64,000 nt of DNA, taken from NCBI GenBank assembly GCA_028534125.1, contig CM052817.1:23996001-24060000 (forward strand), given 5' to 3'. Both the position numbers and the translations under genes were made by a program. Below are positions 14,198-26,930 of the stretch, one piece after another. Under the pieces are notes generated by a model, which saw only the letters and a list, made by a program, of their open reading frames with translations, was not told the DNA's origin and did not search any database. Each line of letters begins with the position of its first letter. Position 1 is the first letter of the stretch. The DNA comes from Lama glama (Eukaryota).

Positions 14198-17100
14198 CTC
14201 TTCATTTCTGATTTTGTTTGAGTTCTTTTTTTCCTGGTTAGTCTAGCTAAAGCTTTGTCATTGTTGTTTCTTATCAAAGAACCAAATATTCATTTCATTG
14301 ATCTTTTTCTACTGTTTTTTTCATTTATATGCACTATAATATTTATTTCCTTCCTCCTATTAACTTTGGACTTGTTTGTTCTTTTTCTAATTTCTTTAAG
14401 TATGAAGTAAGATTATTTATTTGTAATTTTTCTTGTTTCCTGAGGTAAGCCTGTATCATCATAAACTTTCTTCTTACAACTGCTTTAGCTGCATTCCATA
14501 GATTTTGGTATGTTGTGTTTCTGTTTTCATTTGTCTATATATTTTTTATTTTGTCCTTAATTTCCTAGTGATCCATCGGTTGTTTACTAGCATGTTGTTT
14601 AATCTCTACATTTTTGTGATTTTTCCAGTTTCTTCTTGTAGTTGATTACTAGTTTCATGCCATTTTTTTTTTTTTTGCTGGAGAATATGTTTGATAGGAT
14701 TTCAATCTCCTTGAATTCACGGAGACTTCTTTTGTGGCCTAATGCGCAATCTAGTCTGAAGAAGTCTATGTGCACTTGAGAAAAATGTATATTCTGCTGC
14801 TTTTGAATGGAATGTTCTATATATACCTATTAGGTTCATTTTACTTAATGTGTTTGTTTAAAGTTGATGTTTCCTTATTGATTTTTTGTATGGATGAACT
14901 ATCCATTGATGTAAGTAGTATATTAAAGTCCCTTATTATTATTGTATTTCTGTCAATTTCTCCCTTTAGATCAGTTGATATTTGTTTTGTTTATTTTGGT
15001 GCTTCTTTATTATGTGAATATATATTTATAAATGTAATACCTAGAGGAGAAATTACAACTGATACCACTAAAATAAAAAAGATTATAATAAACTACTACA
15101 AACAATTACACACCAAAAAACCTAGAAGAAATAGGTAAGTTCCTAGAAATGAGCAATCTTCCAAGACTGAATCATGAAGAAATAGAAAATATGAACAGAT
15201 CGATTTCTAGTAAAGAAGATTGAAACAGTAATCAAAAACTTCCCAACAAACAAAAATCCAGGACCAGATGAATTCATGGGTGAATTCTACCAAACAGTCA
15301 AAGAATATATAATACCAATCCTTCTCAAACTCTTCCAAAAAGTTGAAAAGGAGTGAACTCTCCCAACCTCATTTTATGAAGCCAGTGTGACTCTGGTACC
15401 AAAACCAGACAAGGATATTACAAAAAAAGAGAAAGTTACAGGCCAATATCCTTGATGAACATAGGTGCAAAAATTCTCAATAAAATATTAGCAAACTGAC
15501 TCCAATAATACATTAAAATAATCATATGCCACGATCAAGTGGGATTTATTCCAGGGATACAAGGATAGTTCAACATTCACAAATCAATCAACATGATGCA
15601 TCATATTAACAAAATGAAGGATAAGAACCATATGATCATCTCAATAGAAGCAGAAAAGGAATCTGATAAAATTCAACATCCATATATGATAGAAACTGTC
15701 AGCAAAGTGGGTAAAGAGAAAAGGTACCTCAACATAATAAGAGTCATATATAACAAACCCACAGCAAACATCATTCTCAATGGTGAAAAGCTGAAAGCAT
15801 TTACACTATGATCAGGAACAGGACAAGGATGCTCACTCTCACCACTTTTATTCAACTTAGTACTGAAAGTCTTAGCCATAGCAGTTAAACAAGAAAAAAA
15901 AAGGCATCCAAATCAAAAAATAAAATGTAAAACTCACTATTTGCACATGGTATAATACTGCATATAGAAAGCTCTAAAAATTCATGAAAAAACTGGAAGA
16001 ACTAATATATCAATTCAGTAAAGTTTCAGAACACAAAATCAATATACAGAAAGCTGTGGCATTTCCATATACTAATAATGAACTAGCAGAATGAGAAATT
16101 AAGAAAGCAATCCCATTTACAATTGCAACCAAAAAAAAAAAACCTAGTAATAAATTTAACTAAGGAGGTGAAATACCTGTACACTAAAAACTGTAAGACA
16201 TCAAAAAAAGAAATTGGTGAAGACACAAATAAATGGAATGATATCCTGTGCTCATGGACTGGAAGAATTAATATTATCAAAATATCCACACTAACTAAAG
16301 CAATCTACAGAGTCAGTGCACTCCCTAACAAAATTTCAGACATTTTTCACAGAACTAGAGCAAATAACTTTAAAATTTGTATGGAAACACAAAAGAACCC
16401 AAATAGCTAAAGCAATCTTGAAATAAAAAACAAAACTGAAGGGATCATGCTCCCTGATTTCAAACTATACTACAAGTCTACAGTAATCAAAACAATATGG
16501 TATTTGTCAAAAAACATACACATAAATCAGTGGAACAGAATAGAGAACCCAGAAGTAAACCCACACATATATGGAGAATTAATTTATGACATTGGAGCCA
16601 AGAACATACCACAGAGAAAGGAAAGTCTCTTCAATGAATGGTATTGGGAAAACTGAACAGTCACATGCAAAACAATAAAACTAGACCAGTATCTTATACC
16701 ATACATAAAAATTAACTCAAAATGGATTAAAGACTTGAATGTAACACTGAAAATCCTAGAGGAAAACATAGGCATAACCTCTTGACATTGGTCTTAGAAA
16801 TGTTTTTTTTTGGATCTGACTCCAAAGACAAAGGAAACAAAAGCAAAAATAAACAACTACATCAAACTAAAAACCTTCTGGGCAGTAGAGGAAATCATCA
16901 TCAAAACGAAAAGGGAACCTACTGAGTGAGAAAAGATGTTTACAAATCATATGTTTGACAAGGGGTTAATATCCAAAATATATAAAGAAGGCATATAACA
17001 CAACAATGAAAAAAACCCAAACAACTCAATTTAAAATGGGCAGGGGACCTAAATAGACACTTTTCCAAAGAAGACATACAGATGGCCGATAGGCATATTA

Positions 17101-17914
17101 AAAGATGTTCAACACCACTAGTTATTAGGGAAATGAGAATCCACACCACAATGAGTTATCTAAAAACTCTCAAGGTGGCTATTATCAAAAAGACAAGAAA
17201 TAAAAAGTGTTGGAGAGGATATGGAGAAAAGAGAACCTTTATACATTTTGCTGTTGGTGGGAATGTAAATTGGTGGGAATGTATTTGGTCTAAACAGTAT
17301 GAAAAACAGTATGAAGAATTGAGAATATAATTACCATATGATCCAGCTATTCCATTTTTGGATATTTATCCAAAGAATACAAAATTACCAATTTGAAAAG
17401 ATATATGCAGCCTATGTTTATTGCAGCATTATTTGTAATAGCCAAGATATGGAAACAACTCAAGTGTCCATACATGGGTGAATGGATAAGAAAGATGTGA
17501 TACATATATACAATGGAATACTACTCAGCGATAAAAAAGAATGACATCTTGCCATTTGCAACAACGTAGCTGGACCTTGAGAATATTATGGCAAGTGAAG
17601 TAAGTCAGACAGAGAAAGACAAATAGCATATGATTTCACTCATATGTGGAATCTAAAACACAAAACAAAACAAAAACCAAGTAATCAAACAAAGCAAAAC
17701 AAAAAGAAACTCAGAAATACAGATATCAGATTGGTGACTACCACCCAGAAAGGAGGGAGGTTTTGGAAGGGTACACAAAATGTTTGAAGAATGTCACTTG
17801 ATAGTTGGTAACTAGATTTTTGGTGTTGCTCACTTTGTACTGTATACAGATTTTGAATTGTAACGTTGTACACCTGAAGCATATATAATCAATTTTACCT
17901 AAATTAAAAAAAAA
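14198..17914 (+). mobile_element. L1 with 5' inversion (14198-~15040 antisense; 15043-17914 sense), degraded ORF2 plus 3' UTR and poly(A)
   Basis: RT-domain-like peptides ([53 protein letters not shown]) and an A-tail at 17906-17914; the inverted part is ORF2 endonuclease-side sequence. Confidence 0.92.
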
Positions 17915-18311
17915 GTTACTTTTGTTTAAAATTCTTACTCTTATCAGGAAACAAACAAAAATTTAAATAATTTTCTTGCTGTACATACTATCTCTTTCAG
18001 TGATCCAGAACTTGTACTTCTAAACTACATTCTAATGAGAAATATAACTGAAAAATTTATTTTATTACTCCAGAGGAAGAACAAACTTTTTATCCTTTAA
18101 AGAAAACCAAGAATATTTTTCTGTGTTTTTACTTGTATTATGAACAGTAGCAATGTGGTTTTCACGGGGTTAGATTTTTGTACTGATTTTAAATAAATTA
18201 CTAAGATAAGTAATTAATTTGACACATATTAATTGAACTTCTGAAATAGGGAATGAGCTATGCTAGACATTATGATAAATACAGAGCTTATATAGGATAA
18301 TACATGTCCTA

Positions 18312-18632
18312 AAGCTGCATTTTCCATAATGATGGCCACTATCCACATGTTGTCCATGGAGCACTCGAAATATGGCTAGTCCAAATTGAGATGTACTATA
18401 AGAGTCAAATACACACTGGATTCCAAAGACTTGGCACAAAAAAGAAAATAGAAAAAATTTCAGTAATTTGTTTAAATTGTTTTCATTGTAAATGACAATA
18501 TTTTGCTTATGCAGTTAAATAAAAACATATTACTAAACTTAGTCTCACCACCTCAAAATTTTATGTGGCTAAATAGAACATTTTAAATTATTTATGTATT
18601 TCAAACTATATTTCTATGGGACAGCATTGCTG
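18312..18632. mobile_element. MER33-like hAT-Charlie element
   Basis: ggccactatccacatg...gcactcgaaatatggctagtccaaattgagatgtactataagagtcaaatacacactggatt...ctatgggacagcattg. Confidence 0.75.
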
Positions 18633-18922
18633 TAAATATAATCTAGCAGAGTATGCCAAACATTTATACAAAGTCAACTTTGTAATACAGCAAATAATTA
18701 GACTCATAGTATCAACAGTGTACTAATAGTTATTCAGAGGAGGGTAATGGTTCTTCTGGAAGGTAAAATCCATAGAAGTTTCATGCTGGTTGTGCTATTT
18801 TATCTGAGCTTTGTTAAGTTGGTAGAGATTTGGCTATTGGAAAAAGTATGTTTGGCTGAGGAGATGGAATGAATTTGAGTGGGGATGGTAGGCATAACTT
18901 AGCAGGAATTCGTAAGTCATGT

Positions 18923-20434
18923 AAGAATGAAGCTGGAGGAATAACCCTCCCAGACTTCAGATAATACTAGAGAGCTACAGTAATCAAAACAGCATGAGAT
19001 TGGCATAAAAACAGACATACGGATCAATGGAACAAAATAGAAAGCCAGAAATAAACCCACAGACCTAGGATCAATTAATCTTTGACAAAAGAGGCAAGAA
19101 TATATAATGGAGAGAAGACAGTCTCTTTAGCAAGTGGTGTTGGAAAACTGGACAGCAGCATGTAAATCAATGGAGTTAGAACACTCTTTCACACCATACA
19201 CAAAAATGAACTCAAAATGGCTTAAAGACAAGTATGAGACAAGACATGATAAACCTCCTAGAAGAAAATATAGGCAAAACATTCTCTGACATAAATCTTA
19301 GCAACATTCTCCTAGGGCAGTCTACCCAGGCAATAGAAATAAAAACAAAAATTAACAAGTGGGACCTAATTAAACTTATAAGCTTTTGCACAGCAAAGGA
19401 AACCGTAAGGAAAGCAAAATGACAACCTATGGAATGTGAGAAAATATTTGCAAATGATGTGACAGACAAAGGCTTAATTTCCAGAATGTAAAAACAGCTC
19501 ATACAACTTAAGAACAAAAAAAAACAAACAAACATGAAATGAACCCAAAAATGAACAGAAGACCCAAAACAAGCAATTCTCCAATGAAGACATACAAATG
19601 GCTGAAAGGCATGTGAAAAAATGTTCAATATCACTAATTATCAGATAAATGCAAATCAAAACTACAATTAAGTATCACCTCAGACTAGCCAGAATGGACA
19701 TCATTAAAAAGTTCATGAATGACAAATGCTGGAGAGAGTGTGGAGAAAAGGGAACCCTTCTATGCTACTGGTCAGAATGCAGTTTGGTACAGCCATTATG
19801 GAAAACAGTATGGAAATTCCTCAAAAAACTAAAAATGAACATATCAAATGATCCAGCAATCCCACTCCTGGGTATATATCTGGCGGGACCTCTAATTCAA
19901 AAAGATACATGCACCCCAATGTTCCTAGCAGCATTATATACAATAGCCAAGACATGGAAGAAAGCTAAATGTCCAACAGATGACTGGATAAAGAAGCTGT
20001 GGTCTATTTATACAACGGAATACTACTCAACCATAAAAAGAATAAAATAATGTCATTTGCAGCAACATGGACGGACCTAGAGATTGTCATTCTAAGTGTA
20101 GGAAGCCAGAAAGAGAAAGTAAAATACCATATACCATTTACATGTGGAATCTAAGAAAAGAAAAAAAGAAGACATTAATGAACTAATCTACAAAACAGAA
20201 ACAGACTTGCAGACATAGTAAGCAATCTTATGGTTACTGGGGGAAAAGGGGTGGGAAGAGATAAACTTGGGAGATTAAAAAATTTCTTCTGTATAGCACA
20301 GGGAACTATATTCAATATCATGTAATAACTTTTAATGAAAAATAATATATTTATGTATATGCATGACTGGGACATTGTGCTGTACACCAGAAATTAACAC
20401 ATTGTAACTGACAATGGTTCAAAAAAAAATAAAA
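18923..20434 (+). mobile_element. Younger camelid/artiodactyl-type 5'-truncated L1 (ORF2 end plus 3' UTR)
   Basis: ORF 19649-20050 resembles the L1 ORF2 C-terminus ([36 protein letters not shown]). 3' UTR gcatgactgggacattgtgctgtacaccagaaatt, then an A-tail. Confidence 0.92.
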
Positions 20435-20454
20435 GAACCACTAGAATAATTTCT

Positions 20455-20670
20455 AAGATGCCAAAAGGCTTTCAAGTGATTTCCATGCATTGTGTCATTA
20501 ATTCCTCACAAAAAAACCCTCTGAGGCATTATCATTGTTCTCATTTTACAAGAAACTCAGACATAGAAATTTTAGGCAACTTGCCCATGGACTCACAACT
20601 TCTTAAGTGTCGGAACTAGGATTCAAACTGAGAAAATATGCTTCACACAAGTGCAACCACTGTGTGCCGT
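20455..20670 (-). mobile_element. MIR SINE
   Basis: cattttacaagaaactcagacatagaaattttaggcaacttgcccatgg...gaactaggattcaaac. Confidence 0.7.
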
Positions 20671-21049
20671 TCCCTCTTTGCAGATAAAGCTAGGATTCTT
20701 AGTCAAAGATACAGGATGGATTCTAGGACCTTCAGGTTCTCTCTGGAAGTTGGCATGACAATTTCACTACACTATGCTCCAGTGCAGAGGTGATAGTAAA
20801 ATTATTTAATACATGATAGGACATGGATTCTGGTCATTTGCACTGAAAGGAGCCATTTGATCTGAAGTGCAGGGTCCTGGAGACATTAACTCTTTACTTA
20901 CTGTTTTGGGGGAAAACCTGGCATTCCTGGGAGGTTTGTGTAGGGTAGCAGAGTCTATTAAACCATTGATACTGAAAATCATTTATCAAGAAAAGCATAG
21001 CTAGAGAGGTGTATCCCCACCATCAGTGTCTCCTCTGTGCATTTTCATT

Positions 21050-21420
21050 TCCATCCTAGGGCATTTGCAGTGGCTGCCCCTGCGTTTGGGGGCTTCTTCC
21101 CTCTGATAGTCACATAGCTGGTTATTTTCCATCCAGGTCTCAGCTCAAGTATCACCCCCTTCACCCTACTCCTCCATCTCCTTATCTACAGTCACTCTTT
21201 AACCCCTGACTCTTTTAAAACTTACTTCGCAGCAATTACCATTCATTGAAATCATTAGATTTATTTACTTATTCATTACATTTCTACTTGCCTTTGCTCC
21301 CTGAGAAGGCAAGTCCATGAGGGAAGGACCTATTCCACCCTGTTCGGGCCCTGTACTCAGTGATTACAACCGTGCCCGGCACCTCGTAGGCACTCTGCGT
21401 ATTTGTGACTGGAGGGATGA
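21050..21420 (+). mobile_element. L2 LINE 3' fragment
   Basis: agggcatttgcagtggctgccc...aagtccatgagggaaggacc...gtgcccggcacctcgtaggcactc. Confidence 0.75.
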
Positions 21421-22180
21421 GGGGAGGGCTGTAGAGTTCATTAGATTCTACATGTTTAAGAACTGTTGACTTAAAGGAATGCTTGAGTAGTCCCAGATCA
21501 GTGGTGTAGAGCCTGGCTGTACAAACGCTTAGCTGGCAGGCCAAGGGGTAATTTGGATCAACATGAAGATTTGAGAGCAGAGGAAGGTTACATCGGGGTG
21601 CTCTCTCAACAGCTAGATTTAGCGCTTTACTTCCTGAGGTCACTATGTTGATATGATGCTGTGGGGTGCCCGGAGGGAGACCAGTGAGGGCGGCTGTCGG
21701 AATTCTCTGGCAGGAGGTGGTGAGCACCTCTCTGTGATGATGGTAGACAATGGAATGAAAGGCCTTTAGGTGAGAGAGGACAGACTTGAGGTACCAAATA
21801 TGAAACAAATCCATCTTTCAGTCTGCAGTATTTTCTCTGTGGCCCGACTTCATGAATTCATTAATCAAATTAGCCAAGCTAGATAATTAAGGGGTTTATA
21901 TAGCTTTTCCTCAATGAAAGTCCCATTCAGTGATTGTCCCTGTCTTTTGCATGAGCTCTTCTCTGCTTTGATTCTAGAGCAGCACTCTCCATCTGCTTGC
22001 CTGAGCAGTTCCTCCTGGTCATCTCTCACAGCTCTGCTGAAGTGTGACTTCTCCCTGGAAGCCCTCCCTGACCCCTGCTCCAAGTTAGCTGTTCCCTGCA
22101 TGTGTTTCCACAATGTTCTATACTTTCCCCCATCACTGTAGTTACCGTATTTTATCATAATCACTAGCCTTCCAATAGAC

Positions 22181-22352
22181 AAGTGTTTCTCAACCTTTTT
22201 TGTTTTCCCTCCTAAGGAGTCTCTAAACTATATGTCTGTTTATGTATTATATGTGTATCTATATTTTATACATTAAAAGTTTAAACTTTTTTGTCTTGCC
22301 CCAGAGTAAATTTTCTCTCCTTGAGGGTGATGTTAGTTTGGTTGGGAATGTG
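22181..22352. mobile_element. MER112-like hAT-Charlie element inside an L2 fragment (~21990-22450)
   Basis: agtgtttctcaaccttttt...ttgagggtgatgttagtttggttgggaatg termini. Confidence 0.55.
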
Positions 22353-23199
22353 GGCAATCAACCATGCAGGCACATCCACTGTCTTGCTCAGCTTGTATGG
22401 TCAGTGCCAGGCACGTAGTACACACTTGAAAATTATTTGTGAGTAATTAGATAAAGGAGACAATTTTTCATAACTTAACATTGCCCAACCTTGAAATTTA
22501 TCATCTTGAAACTATACTGGGATTTAAAAAAATTACGTTTTAAATGCCTGCTGCCTTTCATATATGAATCTGCTGCTAATGTCATTTTTTTTTCCTTCTG
22601 GATAAGTTTGTATAGGGTTTTCCAGAGTCACTTTTTGGGCCCTTTCTCATGCCTAAACTAAGTCTTTACAAGTAAGTTTGTTGGTGTTGAGAAAGAATCT
22701 GTGGCTAGAGAAAATTCTCCTCTTTTAAAACTAACATACCTAAATGGGAACTGAAACCATGACCTCTATTTTTATGAGAACAGACTTCTTCCATAAAGTT
22801 TAGAATTTTAAAAAATCCATCTCAGCTAGGCAGTATTAGAATGTGCTATTTTTTCAGGAAATGGAAGTAGCCATAAAAGGTGGAGCTCGGCATTAATGAA
22901 CACTATATTATGCATACATTTATAGATGTAGCATCAATGAGGGGAAGGCATCTGTCAAAATTAAAACTGTTTTCCACGGAGAAGGCAAGCAGGAAATATT
23001 CATATGTATGTATATGGATATAAACACACATACATTCACATACAAATAATTCCAAGGTGTGGCCTTAATGTACTATGCCTGTTTACCAAAGAAGTGAATA
23101 TATCACCCATTACTTCATGCTTGTGAGGCTCTCTGTTCATCTTATTCTTCAGCCTCCACCTTCCATTCAGTCCTCTATTAATTCATTCAACAAAGACTT

Positions 23200-23895
23200 C
23201 CTGCATCCATGGGCCACGCACACGGTGTTTCTGTCCATGCATGGTCTCATTCTTCCCTTCCCTCTCTATGGACTATTTTCATCTCAGAGGGCAGAGTGAG
23301 CTTTTGAACCATCAGTCAGATTACCTCCTGCCTCTGCTCCAAGCCCTGCAATGACTATCAGTTTCACTCAAAGTCAAAGATTCTAAATGAACTTGGCCCC
23401 ACTGACTCTAGGGCATTCCTTTCCATTGTCTTCTCTTCACTTAACTGTAGGCACAACAGCTCTCTGGCTGTCTGGAACTTGCCACCTATCCATCGGCTTT
23501 GGGTTTTTGTATTAGCAGTTCCCCTGCCTGAAGTGCTCTTCCAACCATCAGATACCTGCATGGCTAACACCTTCATCTCCTTTAACGTGATCAAATTTCA
23601 CCTTCTGAGGCTTACCTTGATTCTGTTTCTTATTTCAGTCTGTTCCTACCCACACAGCCTGACACTCCTTACCTTGCTCTGATTTTCTCCTTTCCTCTAA
23701 AACATTGTTACCTTCAAGCACGTATTTCCCCATTTATTATGTTTATCGTAGGAGCACCTCCATCCTACAGCTAGGACATAAGCTCCTTGAGGGCAAGGAA
23801 CTTTATCTGTTTCGTTCACTAATGAATCACAAGGACCTAGAAGAGTGTCTGGCATCTGTTAGGTGCTCAATAAATGTTTGTTGAATGGATGAATT
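23200..23895 (+). mobile_element. L2 (L2a-like) 3' portion
   Basis: Continuous L2 motifs ending ggtgctcaataaatgtttgttgaatggatgaa. Confidence 0.85.
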
Positions 23896-25699
23896 CATGA
23901 AGAGAGCTTGCATTTTAAATACCAAAAGCGTGAAGAGGAAAGTAAGAAGTGTCAAGAAGAAAAGTAAGTTCACATCAGAGGGTTGTCAGAGCTGGCAGTG
24001 CACACTTATAGAAGGGATGGCCAGTGAGGGCTTCACGGTGGAGGTGATTTCTGGGCTGAGGAGCTATGGTGACAAGAAGCCTATGTGCTTGTGTGGCCAG
24101 AAAAGCACATTGGGAGGCAAACAGCAAGTTCCAAGACTGGACTGGGCATCAGTGTCTCATCAAAGACTCAAAGGAAGACCATTACGGTGAATGCACACAT
24201 GAGGAACAGAGAAAGGTGCTGAGGCTTGAAAGATAAAGAGGCCCTGGTGATAGTTCAGATTTCAACAGGATCTGAAAACAGTCATAAAATCAATATATGT
24301 GAAAATGTATGGCTGAGAAGAATGATGATTTATCTCTAAACTTTTCCTAGGTTGTGCTTCAAACTTCCTCTTGTTACAAACATATTCAGGCGAATTCAGT
24401 TCACCTTATGTCTATTTGTGCTTTGACAGAAATAAGGCAAGTTTCAAAGAACTGTCAAAGACTTTTTAGGTGGCAGGAAGTGGTGTGCGTATGTGCTTCT
24501 GAAATCACGTCACATAGGTGACTGTCTGTGCTGTTAGGTTATTTGCACCAGCTTGAGTTGTGACTGCTTTTGACTCTTCCTGTCTGCTCAGAGGCTTTGC
24601 TTTGAAGGAGAGAAGGGCTCCAGGGGGCTGTTTCTGTGGGACTCTGACCGAGGCTGCAGTGTTCCAGTCATACCTAACCTATATATTTACGTGAGCCATC
24701 CGTTGGCCCAAGTTTTGCTTAGCCTGAACTTCCTCTTTTTCTTTTTTAAACTGATCTCCTGACATGTGATTTCTAGTAAATAATGATACTGCTTCAACAC
24801 TGAATTCTCACCACATTAAGTAACTTGCTGTGTCAAAGGGAGGAAGCAGGCAGAGGCTGGTGTCACATCCAGTTCTTCAGAATCACCACTTTCTCACCAC
24901 TTTGGACTTTCATTACCATCTCCCTGCCCTGCCAGGGTTGACTTTCTTTTCTATCTGATTTTTCCTTCCTAACCACATGGAAACCTAAAGAACAATCCTG
25001 GCTAAATAAATGAGAAGATTCCAAACTATTGCAAATGTTTGCATTCAGAGGCACTTCAGTTGTACTTAGGATTTTTCATTGTAGTAACTTACAAAATTAT
25101 ATTAAGGTTCAAAAATGAAATGGAATTTATAACCCTTATGGTAGCTATTAAGAAAGGAGGTTAAGAAAAATATAGACTTTTAAAAATCCTTTAAGAGAAA
25201 TCAGGGTTGTGTCTGTTGTGGGAAATGGTGAATCTAAAATAGCAATAGGGAATTTTAAATAGTAATTTAAACATTTTTTGGTAACTTAGTTTTATGCTTT
25301 CTACACTACAGTTAATTCCAATAATGTGTACGGTACTTCATCCTCCACCCCCTACCAATTATAGAAGAAAGTCATTTGAATCTTGAGAAGGAGAGATATC
25401 ATGTCAATTTCTTTAACCCGGGAAAACTTCAAAAGCCACCTCACTCTTTGCAGTGATTCAGTTCTGGCACTCCTTGGCTCTGCCTAGACATGTCCTCCCT
25501 GCCTGTCATCTAACCTTCCTCTAAGCCATCAGAAAGACCTTCAAAGACACAGTTTTGACCATGTCACCAAAAACTGATTTTATATTGTACATGAGATGTG
25601 AAAGGGAGAAAATGAACAAAACTAGTTTAGTCAGCAACAGGATCCTCTTCTTTTCTGGGAAGTGCTTTGCCCACCAATTTAATCAGAAGAGAATCTTGC

Positions 25700-25840
25700 C
25701 CTCTCTTTTCCTCCTCCTTCCTCTTATTCTTCCCCCTTCCTTTTCTTTCCCTCTCCCTTCTTCTCCTCTTCTCCCCACATCTCTTCCCCTCCCTTCCCCT
25801 TTCTCCTTCTCTGTTCCTCCTCCTCCTTCCTCCTTCACCC
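25700..25840. repeat. Polypyrimidine (CT-rich) low-complexity tract
   Basis: ~140 bp almost entirely C/T on the + strand. Confidence 0.85.
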
Positions 25841-26447
25841 GCTGTCCATAAAAGGGAAGGTTTCTCTGCTCAGTCAGCAGTATAACTAAACCAGGAATTG
25901 TGCACTATATTGATGTGTTTGCATTTATTCTGTTAAAATTATAACATTTAATAAGTGAAAAGTGATGTCCATTAATTCTGACAATTTGCTAGTTCATGAA
26001 CTGCAACTGGTTTTTTTTGTAGATATAGCAGCAAACATATCAATTAACAAATACTGATTAAGTGCCTACTATATATGAGACATTATGTAGGGCCTTAAAA
26101 GAAAGTAATACCTGTCAAAGTCCCAGTTTTCCAGGAAACCACAGTCCAGTTCAGGAAATAAAACATAAACACTTTAAAAGTTGTAAAACAATGCAAAAGA
26201 TAAATAATAGTTGAATACAACAATACAGTAATATCGTAAGACAGGAAGTGCTGATAAATTGCAAATAAATGACTGAGATGGTAAGTGCTGGGATATTTCA
26301 GAGAAGGCAGGAATTCCAGTGGGCTGAGGTGACCTGGGGACACTTTACAGAGCAAGAGAGTTGTAGAGGATGATTCGTTCTGGAGAGGAAGAGAGAAGGA
26401 GGAGTGGGATCCACACAAGGGGGATGACCTGAGCTGAAACTTGGAAG

Positions 26448-26930
26448 TCTAAAAAAAATGACACAAAGGAACTTATTCACAAAACAGAAACAGATTCACA
26501 GACGTGGAAAACAAACTTACTGTTGCCAAAGGAGAAAAAGGATGAGGGAGGGATAAATTGGGAGTTTGGTATTAACAGATACAAACTACTATATATAAAA
26601 TAGATAAACAACAAGGATCTACTGTAATAACCTATAATGGAAAAGAATCTGACAAAGAATATATGTATATATATATAAATATGTATGTGTATATGTATAT
26701 ACACATGTGTATGTACCTGAAACATTTTGCTGTACATCTGAAACTTACACAACATTGTAAATCAACCATACTGTGATAAATTTGCAACAAGGATAAGTTG
26801 TATAGCACAGAGAATTATAGTTATCTGGTAGTAACTTTTAATGGAGTGTAATCAGTAAAAATACTGAATCACTATGCTGTACATGTAAAACTAACACAAT
26901 ATTGGAACTAAACTATACTTCAATTAAAAA
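26448..26930 (+). mobile_element. Two tandem artiodactyl-type L1 3' UTR tails inserted in an antisense L2
   Basis: First tail 26448-~26780 contains a (TA)n-rich segment. The second (~26785-26930) repeats caacaagga...gctgtaca...aaactaacacaa...tacttcaattaaaa. Confidence 0.8.

Noticed and set aside
15043..20050. Functional reverse transcriptase genes
   Set aside because: L1 ORF2 fragments broken by many stops and frameshifts, and 5'-truncated.
21284..21814. 176-aa minus-strand ORF
   Set aside because: It overlaps L2 sequence, has no recognisable domain and no exon structure.
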